Below are positions 37,157 to 46,576 of a stretch of DNA of 49,892 bases, in pieces (position 1 is the first letter of the stretch; each line of letters begins with the position of its first letter). Location: NCBI GenBank assembly GCA_035650735.1, contig DASRGZ010000186.1, positions 1-49,892 on the forward strand, given 5' to 3'. Origin of the DNA: Chthonomonadaceae bacterium (lineage in GTDB: Bacteria > Armatimonadota > Chthonomonadetes > Chthonomonadales > Chthonomonadaceae). Position numbers and translations under genes: made by a program. Below the pieces are notes generated by a model that was not told the origin of the DNA, ran no database searches, and saw only the letters and a program-made list of their open reading frames with translations.

Positions 37157-38824
37157 ATGAACGAGTTCTGCGGCAAACGGATCAGCGTCATCGGGGCGGC
37201 GCGCAGCGGCGTGGCGGCGGCGAGCGTGCTCACGCGCCTCGGCGCAGCGGTGACGCTCGCCGACAGCCAGCCAGCGGAGGCGCTGGGAACGGCCCGTCTG
37301 GCGGAGATCGCGGCGACGGGCGCGCGCTTCGTGCCGGGCGCAAGCGTGGAGGACGCGCTGCCCATCGGCACCGAACTCGTCGTCACCAGCCCCGGCGTTC
37401 CGCAAACGGCCCCCGTGCTACAGGAGGCTCTTCAGCGGGGGCTTCCCGTCTGGTCTGAGATCGAGCTGGCCTATCGCCTGACCGCCGCGCCCATCGTCGC
37501 GATCACCGGCACCAACGGCAAGACTACCACGACGCTGTTAATTGCGGCCATGTTACAGGCATCCGGCAAGAACGCGCTCGTTGCAGGCAACGTCAGCGCC
37601 GATGAGATCAAGCGGACGCTCGTAGATGCCGCCTATGAGACGCGACTCCTCCCTCCAACTGCCCTCGCCCCCGTCCCCTCTCCCGCAGCGCCGGGAGAGG
37701 GGAGAGCAGAAGCCGGGTCACTCCCTTCCCTGGGAGGGAAGGGGGACGGGGGGTTAGGTCCAACCCAGGGGAGGAGAGAGTCAGAGCTTCTCCGTTCCCC
37801 CTCTCCCGCAGCGTGGATCGCAAGGCGGAGGGCCGAAACGTTGAGGCCCGACCCTTGTAGTAGGGGGGAAGGGGATGAGGGCGATAGGGCCAGGGAATCA
37901 GACCCGATCCTCGTCGCCGAGATCAGCAGCTTCCAATTGGAATGGGTCGAGCGGTTTGCGCCGAAGGTTGGCGTCCTCACCAACGTCATGCCCGACCACC
38001 TGAACCGCCATGCCAGCCTGGAAGAGTACGCGCGTACCAAAGCCCGCCTCTTCGCCGCGCAGGGGCCGGACGATTGGGCCATCCTGAATTATGACAACCC
38101 GGCAGCGCGCGCCATCGGTCTTTCCGATCTGCCGGGACGGCGCTGCTGGTTTACGCGCGCCGCCTGCCCGCCCGATGACGGCCCCGCCGCCTGGGTGCAG
38201 GACGGCTTGCTGCAAGTGCGCCTGGAATCGAGCGGCAAACCGACTGCCATCCTGCCCGCAAGCGCGCTGCCTCCCACTCTGCCCGGCGCGCACAGCGTCG
38301 AGAATGTCCTGGCGGCTTCGGCGGCGGCGCTGGCGATGGGCGCGGACGCGGGGGCCATAGCAGAGGCCGTGCGCGGCTTTGGCGGCGTGGCGCACCGCAT
38401 GGAACTTGTCGCCGAGGTCGGCGGCGTGCGCTACATCAACAACAGCATGTGCACCAACGTCGCGGCGGCGCTTGCTTCGCTGGAGGCGTTGGATCGGCCC
38501 GCCGTTGTCATCGCGGGCGGGGTCAATAAGGGGCTGGACTTTGCGCCCCTCGCTCCCGCCCTGCGCGCCAGGGCCAAGCATCTTCTGCTTATCGGCAAGG
38601 CGGCGGAGGAGATGGAAGCGGTCTTGCGCGCCGGCGGATACGAAGCCATCTCCCGCGCCGCTACGCTGGAGGAGGCGGTCTTCAGAGCAAGTCAAATGGC
38701 CTCGCCGGGTGAGGCGGTCATCCTCTCGCCCGCCTGCGCCAGCTTTGATATGTTCGCGGACTTTGAGGCGCGCGGCGCGGCCTTCCGCCAGGCCGTGCGC
38801 GCTCTGGCGGAGGGGACGCTATGA
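37157..38824 (+). CDS. murD: UDP-MurNAc-L-Ala--D-Glu ligase with an in-frame repeat-derived insertion of about 74-85 aa
   Basis: GAARSG, SPGVP, ITGTNGKTTT, EISSFQL, DHLNRH, LSPACASFDMF..FEARG; extra segment at about 37640-37900. Confidence 0.95.
   Translation: MNEFCGKRISVIGAARSGVAAASVLTRLGAAVTLADSQPAEALGTARLAEIAATGARFVPGASVEDALPIGTELVVTSPGVPQTAPVLQEALQRGLPVWSEIELAYRLTAAPIVAITGTNGKTTTTLLIAAMLQASGKNALVAGNVSADEIKRTLVDAAYETRLLPPTALAPVPSPAAPGEGRAEAGSLPSLGGKGDGGLGPTQGRRESELLRSPSPAAWIARRRAETLRPDPCSRGEGDEGDRARESDPILVAEISSFQLEWVERFAPKVGVLTNVMPDHLNRHASLEEYARTKARLFAAQGPDDWAILNYDNPAARAIGLSDLPGRRCWFTRAACPPDDGPAAWVQDGLLQVRLESSGKPTAILPASALPPTLPGAHSVENVLAASAAALAMGADAGAIAEAVRGFGGVAHRMELVAEVGGVRYINNSMCTNVAAALASLEALDRPAVVIAGGVNKGLDFAPLAPALRARAKHLLLIGKAAEEMEAVLRAGGYEAISRAATLEEAVFRASQMASPGEAVILSPACASFDMFADFEARGAAFRQAVRALAEGTL
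37661..37882. repeat. 222-bp composite palindromic element inside murD
   Basis: Ends GCCCTCGCCCC / GGGGATGAGGGC. Sub-blocks match the reverse complement of 48366-48419 and 48212-48259, and the module at 9045-9138. Confidence 0.88.
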
Positions 38825-39966
38825 ATCGCAGCGCGGCGCGCTCCCGCCTGCCGGTAGACCGCCTGCTGTTCACGGCAACGCTGGCCCTGCTGGTCATCGG
38901 CCTGTGGATGGTCTTCGATGCCAGCTACGTAAAGACCCTCGACAGCGCCCGGATGGGCCACGACGCCTTCTTCTTCGTCAAGCGGCAGGCGGTCGGGGCG
39001 ATTCTGGGCCTGGGCGCGCTGTTTACCATGATGCGCGTCGGCTACTGGCATCTGCGCCGCCTGGCCGTGCCGCTGATGCTGCTGGGCCTGGTCTGCCTGT
39101 GTGCCGTCTGGCTGCCGCGCATCGGCATCAACGAGAACCACGCCAATCGCTGGGTGGCGCTCGGCCCGATCCGATTCCAGCCCTCCGAGCTTGCCAAGCT
39201 GACGCTGATCATCTACCTGGCCGCGCTGCTCTCGCGCGTTCACTGCAACGTGCGGGATCTCGGACAGGGATTGGGTCCGCCGCTGGCTGTCACTACGCTC
39301 TACCTGATCCTGATTGAGCGCGAGCCGGACCTGGGAACCGCCTTTGTCTTATTTCTGGCCGTCCTGACGCAGTGCTTCCTGGCCGGGGCGCGCAAGCGGC
39401 ACCTGGCGCTCGTCTGCGCGGTCGGCGGGCTGGCCGTCCTGCTGATGGGCTTCGGCTTCGGGCACCGCGCGGGCCGCATCACCACCTTCCTGCACCCGGA
39501 GAAGGATACACAGGGCATCGGCTACCAGATTTTCCATTCGCGCCTTGCCATCGGGTCGGGCGGCTGGAGCGGCGCAGGGCTGGGCGAGGGCCGTGAGAAG
39601 TACTTCCTGCCGCAGGGCAACACGGACTTTATCTTCGCGACCATCGCCGAAGAGCTGGGCTTTTTCCGCACGGCCTCCGTCCTGGGGCTACTGTGCCTGG
39701 TAGGGTGGCGCGGCTTCCGCATTGCCTGCCAGACGCGCGACCGCTTCGGCGCGCTGCTGGCGGCGGGCATCGCCGCGCTGATAAGCTGGCAGGCTTTGAT
39801 CAACGTGGCGGTGGCGACCGCTTCCATCCCGGCGACCGGCGTGCCGCTGCCCTTCATTAGCTACGGCTCGTCGTCGCTGGTCTTCCTGCTGGCGGGCATC
39901 GGCATCCTGCTCAACATCGCCCAGAACCCGACGCCGCCGGGCCAGCCCGTCGAAACGCACGATTGA
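38821..39966 (+). CDS. ftsW: SEDS peptidoglycan polymerase FtsW
   Basis: RW...G...QPSELAK, EPDLGT, GYQ, TDFIF..IAEELG, PATGVPLPFISYG. Confidence 0.95.
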   Translation: MNRSAARSRLPVDRLLFTATLALLVIGLWMVFDASYVKTLDSARMGHDAFFFVKRQAVGAILGLGALFTMMRVGYWHLRRLAVPLMLLGLVCLCAVWLPRIGINENHANRWVALGPIRFQPSELAKLTLIIYLAALLSRVHCNVRDLGQGLGPPLAVTTLYLILIEREPDLGTAFVLFLAVLTQCFLAGARKRHLALVCAVGGLAVLLMGFGFGHRAGRITTFLHPEKDTQGIGYQIFHSRLAIGSGGWSGAGLGEGREKYFLPQGNTDFIFATIAEELGFFRTASVLGLLCLVGWRGFRIACQTRDRFGALLAAGIAALISWQALINVAVATASIPATGVPLPFISYGSSSLVFLLAGIGILLNIAQNPTPPGQPVETHD

Positions 39967-39977
39967 AAATGAATCTA

Positions 39978-40231
39978 AACCACCCGCTGCGCTAGAGGCA
40001 CAGAGACACGGAGGAAAAGCCACACGGAGAAAAGACAAAAACAAAAACCTTTGGACAGGATTAACAGGATTTACAGGATTACACCAAGAGAGAGAAGCAG
40101 GGCTTATCTGTGTGGTGGAAATCCGGTTAATCCCGTTAATCCTGTCTAAGAATCTTGTCTCTTTTTCTCTTTGCTTTTCTCGGTCTTTGTTTTTCCTCTG
40201 TGGCTCTGTGCCTCTAGCGCAGCGGGTGGTT
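39978..40231. repeat. Nested hairpin of 9-nt periodic units between ftsW and murG
   Basis: Outer 37-bp arms (first 28 bp perfect) AACCACCCGCTGCGCTAGAGGCACAGAG...; inner ACAGGATT x3 at 40053-40080 pairs with AATCC(G/C/T)GT units at 40120-40147. Confidence 0.9.
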
Positions 40232-40254
40232 CCAATGGCTTTTGGAGTGAGGGA

Positions 40255-41388
40255 ATGCGAGTCGTTGTGAGCGGAGGCGGGACAGGCGGGCACATCTTTC
40301 CGGCGCTGGCCGTGGCGGAAGCCCTGCGCCGCCGGCAGCCCGACGTGGAACGGCTCTATATTGGGGCGGCGTCCGGCATGGAGGCCGAGATCGTGCCCCA
40401 ACACGGCCTTCCGTTCCAGGGCGTCACCGCCAAAAAACTGCGCAAGCTCCTCTCGCCGGGCACCCTCGGCGTGTTGCTCTCGCTGGTCAAGGGATATTGG
40501 GAGGCGCGAACGTACCTGCGAGCTTTTCGCACGGATGTCGTGATCGGCACAGGCGGCTATGCGACCGCTGCGACCGTGCTGGCGGGGCAACATCTGGGCC
40601 TGCCGACGGCCATCGTCGCGCCCGACGCCGTTCCCGGACGCACGAACCGCTTTCTGGCGCGGGGGGCGCGGTTGATCTGCATCTCCTTCCCGGAGGCGGC
40701 GGCCTTTTACCCGGAAGGCAAGACGGTCGTGACGGGCCTGCCGCTGCGCGCCGGGATCGTGGCCCCGCCGAACGTGACGGCGCAGGCCGCCCGCTGCCGT
40801 TTCCCCGGACTGGCGCCGGATCGCTTCACCGTGCTGGTCGTGGGCGGCAGCCAGGGGGCGCGGGCAATAAATAATGTAATTCTGGAGGCGACCCCGGCGC
40901 TGTTGGAGGCAGGCGCGCAGGTGCTCCACCAGACCGGCGCGAGGAACTTCGAGGCGGTGCGGGCGCAGGCGCAGGCGCGCCATCTATGGGACCGGGCGGG
41001 CTACTGCCCTCTGGCGTTCCTGGACGATACGCAGATGCCGCTGGCCTGGCGTGCCGCCGATGTCGTGGTCTGTCGGGGCGGCATGTCTACGCTCTCTGAG
41101 GTGCTGGCAAACGGCGTGCCCGCCGTCGTCGTGCCGCTGCCGACCGCCTACGCCGACCACCAGACGGCCAACGCGCGGGAATTGGTGAAGGCCGGCGCGG
41201 CGCTACTCCGGCCGGAAAGCGGACTCACCGCAGGCACTCTGGTTCAGGAATTGCTGGCCCTGCGCGACGATCCCGCCCGCCGCCAACAAATGGCCGCAGC
41301 GAGCCGCGCCCTGGGCCGTCCCGATGCCGCCGATGATGTAGCGAAACGCCTCCTGGAATTGGGACGTCCCTCGTCGAAGGAGACTTAA
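40255..41388 (+). CDS. murG: Undecaprenyl-PP-MurNAc-pentapeptide GlcNAc transferase
   Basis: GGGTGGHIFP, GGY, GGSQGA, HQTG, DHQTANA. Confidence 0.97.
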   Translation: MRVVVSGGGTGGHIFPALAVAEALRRRQPDVERLYIGAASGMEAEIVPQHGLPFQGVTAKKLRKLLSPGTLGVLLSLVKGYWEARTYLRAFRTDVVIGTGGYATAATVLAGQHLGLPTAIVAPDAVPGRTNRFLARGARLICISFPEAAAFYPEGKTVVTGLPLRAGIVAPPNVTAQAARCRFPGLAPDRFTVLVVGGSQGARAINNVILEATPALLEAGAQVLHQTGARNFEAVRAQAQARHLWDRAGYCPLAFLDDTQMPLAWRAADVVVCRGGMSTLSEVLANGVPAVVVPLPTAYADHQTANARELVKAGAALLRPESGLTAGTLVQELLALRDDPARRQQMAAASRALGRPDAADDVAKRLLELGRPSSKET

Positions 41389-41400
41389 AGGTAAAGGCAA

Positions 41401-42810
41401 GTGCAAGAACGAGCAGAACATCTCCATTTTCTGGGCATCGGGGGCATCGGGGTAAGCGCCCTGGCGCAGGTGGCGCTGGCGCGCGGCGCGCGCGTCTCCG
41501 GCTCCGACCCGCACGCCGATCCGCAGACCAATCCGGCGATCCGGCGTCTTCTGGAACAGGGCGCAACGCTCTATACCGAGCATCGCCCCGCCAACCTATC
41601 CGAAGAGGTCAGCCTGGTTGTGGCGTCGGCAGCGATTGCGGAGGACAACCCGGAGCTGCGCGAGGCCCATCGGCGCGGGCTGCGCGTGATTTCGCGCGCC
41701 GAGTTCCTGGGCGAGCTGATGGCCGCGCACAAAGGCCCCAAAATCGCTGTCGCTGGAACGGCCGGCAAAACGACCACGACGGCGATGGTCAGCTTCCTGC
41801 TCCAGCAGGCCAAGCTCGATCCAACCGTCTTTGTCGGCGGCGAAGTGCCGCAGTTGGGCGGCAACGTGCGCATCGGCGGCGAGACCGGCCCCTTTGTCGC
41901 GGAGGCGTGCGAAGCCTACGACTCCTTCCTCTATCTCAAGCCGGACATCGCCGTCGTCGCCAACATCGAGGCCGACCACCTGGACTATTACGGCACGTTC
42001 GACCGCGTGATGGAGAGTTTCCTCCGCTTCGTCAAAGGCGTCACGGAGGGCGGCAAGCTGATCGCCTGCGTGGATGATCCCGGCGTCCGGCAGTTGCTCG
42101 CGCACGCGCCCGCCTCGCTCCAGGTCGTCGGCTACGGCGTCGCGCAGGAAGCCGCCTCGCGTGCGGAAAATATCGCTCCGGGCCGGGGCGTTGCTTTCGA
42201 TTGGATCACCCCGAACGGACAGACGACCGTGCGCCTGCGCCTTCCGGGACGGCACAACGCTCTGAACGCGCTAGCCGCCGCCACCGTCGGCTGGCAGCTT
42301 GGATTGCCCATGCCGCAGATCGCGGAAACGCTGGCGGCGTTTCAGGGCGTGGGACGGCGTCAGGAGATTCTGGGCGAGGTCGCCCTGGAGGGCGGCGACC
42401 TCCTGGTTATGGACGACTATGCGCACCACCCGACCAAGCTGCGCGCCACGTTGGAGGCCCTGCGCGACGCCTATCCCGACCGCCGCCTCGTCGCCGTGTT
42501 CCAGCCCCATCTCTACAGCCGGACGCGCGACTTCCTGGCCGGATTTGCGGATGCGCTCGCTCAAGCCGACGCCCTGGTCGTCACCGACATCTACCCGGCA
42601 CGGGAGGCGCCCATCCCCGGCGTGCGCGCCGCTGACATCGTCAACCTGGCGGCCCGGCGTAACCCGCAGGCGCCCGCCATCTACCTGCCGGATAAGCGCG
42701 ACATTCCGCCTATGCTGGCGGCCCTCATGCGTCCCAACGACCTGGTCGTCTTCCTTGGCGCGGGCGACATCCGCGAACAGGGCGAAGCCTTTGTCCGCTT
42801 GCTGGCATAA
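41401..42810 (+). CDS. murC: UDP-MurNAc--L-alanine ligase
   Basis: HFLGIGG, GKTTTT, EACE, NIEADHLD, DDYAHHPT, FQPH.YSRT, GAGDI. Confidence 0.96.
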   Translation: MQERAEHLHFLGIGGIGVSALAQVALARGARVSGSDPHADPQTNPAIRRLLEQGATLYTEHRPANLSEEVSLVVASAAIAEDNPELREAHRRGLRVISRAEFLGELMAAHKGPKIAVAGTAGKTTTTAMVSFLLQQAKLDPTVFVGGEVPQLGGNVRIGGETGPFVAEACEAYDSFLYLKPDIAVVANIEADHLDYYGTFDRVMESFLRFVKGVTEGGKLIACVDDPGVRQLLAHAPASLQVVGYGVAQEAASRAENIAPGRGVAFDWITPNGQTTVRLRLPGRHNALNALAAATVGWQLGLPMPQIAETLAAFQGVGRRQEILGEVALEGGDLLVMDDYAHHPTKLRATLEALRDAYPDRRLVAVFQPHLYSRTRDFLAGFADALAQADALVVTDIYPAREAPIPGVRAADIVNLAARRNPQAPAIYLPDKRDIPPMLAALMRPNDLVVFLGAGDIREQGEAFVRLLA

Positions 42811-42826
42811 CGCAAGCGGTCTGCTG

Positions 42827-42835
42827 TGATATAAT
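42827..42835 (+). promoter_or_regulatory. Possible extended -10 internal promoter upstream of ddl
   Basis: TGaTATAAT in the murC-ddl gap; no matching -35. Confidence 0.4.
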
Positions 42836-42925
42836 TGGAGGAAGAGGAAACGCGGAGGTTGGGAACATGGCAGCCATACACTTGAGGCGTTTCAGGTTGC
42901 TGGCACAACACAAGAGGTTTAGTCT

Positions 42926-44038
42926 ATGACATCCCCGGAACCGCCGGGACGCAAATGGCGCGTCGCCGTCCTGATGGGCGGAAACTCCACGGAGCGGACG
43001 GTCTCGCTCTCGACCGGCAAAATGATTTTAAAGGCGCTCGACCCGCAACAATACAGCGTCACGGCCATAGATACGCAGGACATCCTCCCGCTGCCGGGCA
43101 GCCCGGACCCGCTGCCTGCCTCCGAAGAGAGGGCGCAGGCGCAGCTGGAGGCTGAGCACGCCGCCGCGATGCCGGAGCCTGCCGGGCTGCCTGTGCCTGC
43201 GGGCGTGTCCTCCGAGCTGGTCCGGCCCGATGGCGAGAAGCCGGATGTTGTCTTTATTGCGCTGCACGGCAAAGGCGGCGAGGACGGGACCATCCAGGCT
43301 TTGCTGGAACTGCTGGGCCTGCCCTATACCGGCTCCGGCGTGCTGGCGAGCGCCCTGGCGATGGATAAGAGCATGTCCAAGCGCCTGTTCCGAGCGGAAG
43401 GCATCCCGGTCATTCCCGATGTGCAAGTGCGCCGCGATCCCGCCTGGACGGAGGCCGCGCTCATCGAATACGTCTGCGCGTCCCTGGGCGGCTTCCCCGT
43501 CTTCGTCAAGCCCAACGCGGAGGGCTCCACGTTCGGCTGCACGCTGGTCAAGTCGCCGGATCAGCTTCCGGAGGCCGTCGCCCTGGCCCTCCGCTATGAC
43601 CCTCTCGCCCTGATCGAGCAGTATGTGCGCGGCATGGAGATCACGGTCGGCGTCCTGGAAAATCCCGAAGATGCTTCTGACCTACAGCCGCTGCCCGTCA
43701 TCGAGATCGTGCCGAAGAACGAATACTACGACTACGAAAGCAAATATGCCGAGGGCGGCAGCGAGCACATCATTCCTGCCCGGCTCCCGGAGGCAACGCT
43801 GCGGCGCGCTCAGGAGCTTGCCGTCCGGTGCCATCAGGTACTCGGCTGCCGGGGCATGTCTCGCACCGATCTCATCGTCGCCGGGGAGCAGCTCTTCGTT
43901 CTGGAGGTCAACACCATTCCCGGCATGACGCCTACCAGCCTACTGCCACAGGCCGCCGACTACGCCGGCATCTCCTTCCCGACCCTGCTCGACCGACTCA
44001 TCGCCTGTGCGCTGAACAAAGGAGTCAATCGGGCGTAG
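42926..44038 (+). CDS. ddl: D-alanine--D-alanine ligase
   Basis: GG.S.ER.VSL, LHG.GGEDG.IQ, YTGS, MDK, FVKP, YDYESKY, EVNTIPG.T..S. Confidence 0.97.
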   Translation: MTSPEPPGRKWRVAVLMGGNSTERTVSLSTGKMILKALDPQQYSVTAIDTQDILPLPGSPDPLPASEERAQAQLEAEHAAAMPEPAGLPVPAGVSSELVRPDGEKPDVVFIALHGKGGEDGTIQALLELLGLPYTGSGVLASALAMDKSMSKRLFRAEGIPVIPDVQVRRDPAWTEAALIEYVCASLGGFPVFVKPNAEGSTFGCTLVKSPDQLPEAVALALRYDPLALIEQYVRGMEITVGVLENPEDASDLQPLPVIEIVPKNEYYDYESKYAEGGSEHIIPARLPEATLRRAQELAVRCHQVLGCRGMSRTDLIVAGEQLFVLEVNTIPGMTPTSLLPQAADYAGISFPTLLDRLIACALNKGVNRA

Positions 44039-44109
44039 GCAGCAACACCCAACACTTTTTACGATTGTCGGCTGCCTGCTCTGGATTGTCTTGCTGAGGT
44101 AGAGACGCT

Positions 44110-45162
44110 ATGGCCTACGAGCCGCCCTATACGCCCTACAGGCCCTCCTCCCGGCCTGCGTCCCGGCGCAAGCGCCGCCGCCAGCGGGTGCGGGCGCACC
44201 CGGCGCCGTGCGCGTCCCGTTCGATGCGGCCTCGCCCCATCGCCGAGGTCTATCGCCGCCGCCGCCGCGCGCTGGCCGTCCTCTACCTCCTGCTGGGCGC
44301 GCTGCTGCTGACCGTTGCGTTCACCTCCCCTGCGCTCAGCGTCAAGCGCATCCGGTTGGAAGGTGCGGAGGGCCTGCCTGCCGCCGAAGCAGAGGCTACG
44401 GTTCGCGCAGCCGCGCTGCCGCCCGGAATCAACTGGCTGCGTGCGCCCGTCCGCGCTCTGGCAGCGCGGCTGCGCGCCCTGCCCTGGGTGCGCACGGCCC
44501 AGGTAACCCGCCGGTTCCCCAACACGCTGCAGGCAACCATCACTGTACGCCAGCCCTGTGTTCTGGTGCAGACCGACGCCGGCCTGTTCGAGGTGGATGC
44601 CGAAGGCGTTCCCATCCGCCCGGCCCGCAAGGAGATGGCTGGGGAGTCAAAGCCCGTCCCGTCCGCGCCGCTGCCCTTCTCGCTGCCAGCGAGCGTGGGC
44701 AAACTGCTCTGGGTAGATGCCGGGCCAGAGGCGGAGCGTCTTCTGGATACGCCGGAGCCGCCTGCGGCAGAGCGCGTGGGAGCGCGCCTGCCCCTGGTGG
44801 CACTGGCGGGCGCGCGCGCGGTGCAGCTCGGCGTTGCCCTCGACGACCCGGCCCTAACTGCCGCCATCCAGATCTGGCAGTCTGCCCGACAGGATAAGAT
44901 GGTACGCATCGCAAAAATAGAGGTTGACCAAAGCGGCAATATATGCTTAAATATGCTGGATGGAATTCCAATTCAATTAGGGCAAGCCGAAGATTTACCC
45001 ACCAAACTGGCACTCGTGCGGCGCATCTACGCGCGGGAGCCGAATATCGCCCGGCGCCTAGTGGCCGTGAATCTCTCTTGCCCGTCCTGGCCTGCCTGCA
45101 CGCCCCGGCAGCCCCTGCCCTCCGAGCACGGAGCGCCTGCCGCAGACCGTCTTTTGCGCTAA
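44110..45162 (+). CDS. ftsQ: Cell division protein FtsQ/DivIB
   Basis: Basic N-terminus, one transmembrane helix, POTRA-like LPWVRTAQVTRRFPNTL; dcw position. Confidence 0.8.
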   Translation: MAYEPPYTPYRPSSRPASRRKRRRQRVRAHPAPCASRSMRPRPIAEVYRRRRRALAVLYLLLGALLLTVAFTSPALSVKRIRLEGAEGLPAAEAEATVRAAALPPGINWLRAPVRALAARLRALPWVRTAQVTRRFPNTLQATITVRQPCVLVQTDAGLFEVDAEGVPIRPARKEMAGESKPVPSAPLPFSLPASVGKLLWVDAGPEAERLLDTPEPPAAERVGARLPLVALAGARAVQLGVALDDPALTAAIQIWQSARQDKMVRIAKIEVDQSGNICLNMLDGIPIQLGQAEDLPTKLALVRRIYAREPNIARRLVAVNLSCPSWPACTPRQPLPSEHGAPAADRLLR

Positions 45163-45335
45163 GTAGGTCCTCAACCATTCTGGCAGCGCCCTCTCTTTTG
45201 CAAGAAGCGGCAGAGAGCGCCAGAACGTATGAGCACCGACTTAGGGCACAGGCACAGGCCGCGTAGACCCCGTCCCGGCCTCGCAAGGTCGGGCCTTGTT
45301 TGTTGTCTTGGGATGGAAGATCTGGTTATATCGCA

Positions 45336-46133
45336 ATGAGTGTTTTCTCCGCAAACATCAGCCACCGCTCCTTTTATTGGCAGATCAGCGCGCTCTGCTT
45401 CGTGCTGGGCCTCTTGCTGGCCGCCGCCTGGAACACGGCCAAGCAACTGACCCGCGCCGGCAGCGTGACCGCGCGCACCGGCTTCTACTATGGCAGCGGC
45501 TCGCAAGCGAGCGCCGTCGAAAAATCGCACTTCCAGGATGAGATCAAGAAGTATGAAAGCGAAGTGAAAAAGCTTCGCGAGCGCACCTCCGAGCTCGAAA
45601 GAATCGCCGCCAAAGGCACCGACGCCGCCTCCACCCTCAATAAAGAGCTCCAGGATACTAAAATCCTGGCCGGCCTGACGGAGGTGGAAGGGCCGGGCGT
45701 GCAGGTCACTCTGGTAGACAGCCAGAAGCATGCGGCAGATGCCTCGCCGATGACCCAGCTCAGCTTTCTGGTCCACGATCAGGACATCGCCCGCGTCGTC
45801 AACGAGTTCAAAGCTGCCGGCGCCGAGGCTATCGCCGTGAATGGGCAGCGCGTCGTGGCTTCCACGGCCATTCGCTGCGTCGGCCCGGTCGTCCACGTCA
45901 ACGACGTCCCGACGGCGCCGCCCTACGTCATTCAGGCCATTGGCAATCCGGAAACTCTGTGGCAGGTCAATATGCCGGGCGGCGTCCTGGAAGAGATGCG
46001 CCGCTTTGATCCCGCGATGGTCCATATCGAAAAAAAGAAGAGCCTGCATCTCCCCGCCTTCGCGGGCAGCACCACCCTGCACTTCGCCAAGTTGCCGAAG
46101 TCCTCTCAGAGCGGTAAGGAAGAGACTAGATGA
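45336..46133 (+). CDS. DUF881 family protein (YlxW/YlxX-like)
   Basis: Transmembrane helix plus coiled coil; AGLTEVEGPGV.VTL.D, VHDQDI..VVNE...AGAEAIAVNGQR, PYVIQAIG. Confidence 0.9.
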   Translation: MSVFSANISHRSFYWQISALCFVLGLLLAAAWNTAKQLTRAGSVTARTGFYYGSGSQASAVEKSHFQDEIKKYESEVKKLRERTSELERIAAKGTDAASTLNKELQDTKILAGLTEVEGPGVQVTLVDSQKHAADASPMTQLSFLVHDQDIARVVNEFKAAGAEAIAVNGQRVVASTAIRCVGPVVHVNDVPTAPPYVIQAIGNPETLWQVNMPGGVLEEMRRFDPAMVHIEKKKSLHLPAFAGSTTLHFAKLPKSSQSGKEETR

Positions 46134-46576
46134 AAGCCGGATTGCCTATTGTCAGCTTGGCCGCTGGCTTTGGCCTGGGCCTTGCTATCTTCAGCCACTT
46201 TAGCTGGCAGATGCCCGCCGAGTATGCGCCCTATCTCTCGGTGGCGGCCCTAGCCGGTCTGGATACGGTCTTCGGCGGCATTCGCGCCGGAATCGAAGGG
46301 CGCTTCCAAAACGACATCTTCGCCAGCGGCTTTGTGTTAAACACTTTGCTTGCGGCGGGCCTGGCCTGGCTGGGCGACTGCATCGGTATTAATCTGGCCC
46401 TGGTAGCGGTCATTGCGCTGGGCTCGCGCGTGTTTCTGAACCTGTCGCTGATCCGGCGGTACTACCTGAACAGGCTGGCCATAGCCCGCAGCCGCCAGCA
46501 GGAAGAGAGCGCAGCCGTGGCTTCGGTCCCACAGCCCGCGCTGGGACAAAAGCAAGAAATCGGCGGGGGAATTTAG
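46130..46576 (+). CDS. sbp: Small basic protein (DUF1290)
   Basis: YLSVAALAGLDTVFGGIRA..EG.F, F.NL..IRR. Confidence 0.88.
   Translation: MKAGLPIVSLAAGFGLGLAIFSHFSWQMPAEYAPYLSVAALAGLDTVFGGIRAGIEGRFQNDIFASGFVLNTLLAAGLAWLGDCIGINLALVAVIALGSRVFLNLSLIRRYYLNRLAIARSRQQEESAAVASVPQPALGQKQEIGGGI

Noticed and set aside
37640..37900. Intein or self-splicing intron as the explanation for the murD insert
   Set aside because: No Cys/Ser...His-Asn intein ends or group I/II intron hallmarks; the DNA matches local intergenic repeats.
44641..44790. Pro-rich extra segments in FtsQ (and in Ddl, about 43085-43205) as further repeat insertions
   Set aside because: The DNA shows no match to the repeat modules; these are normally variable linker regions.
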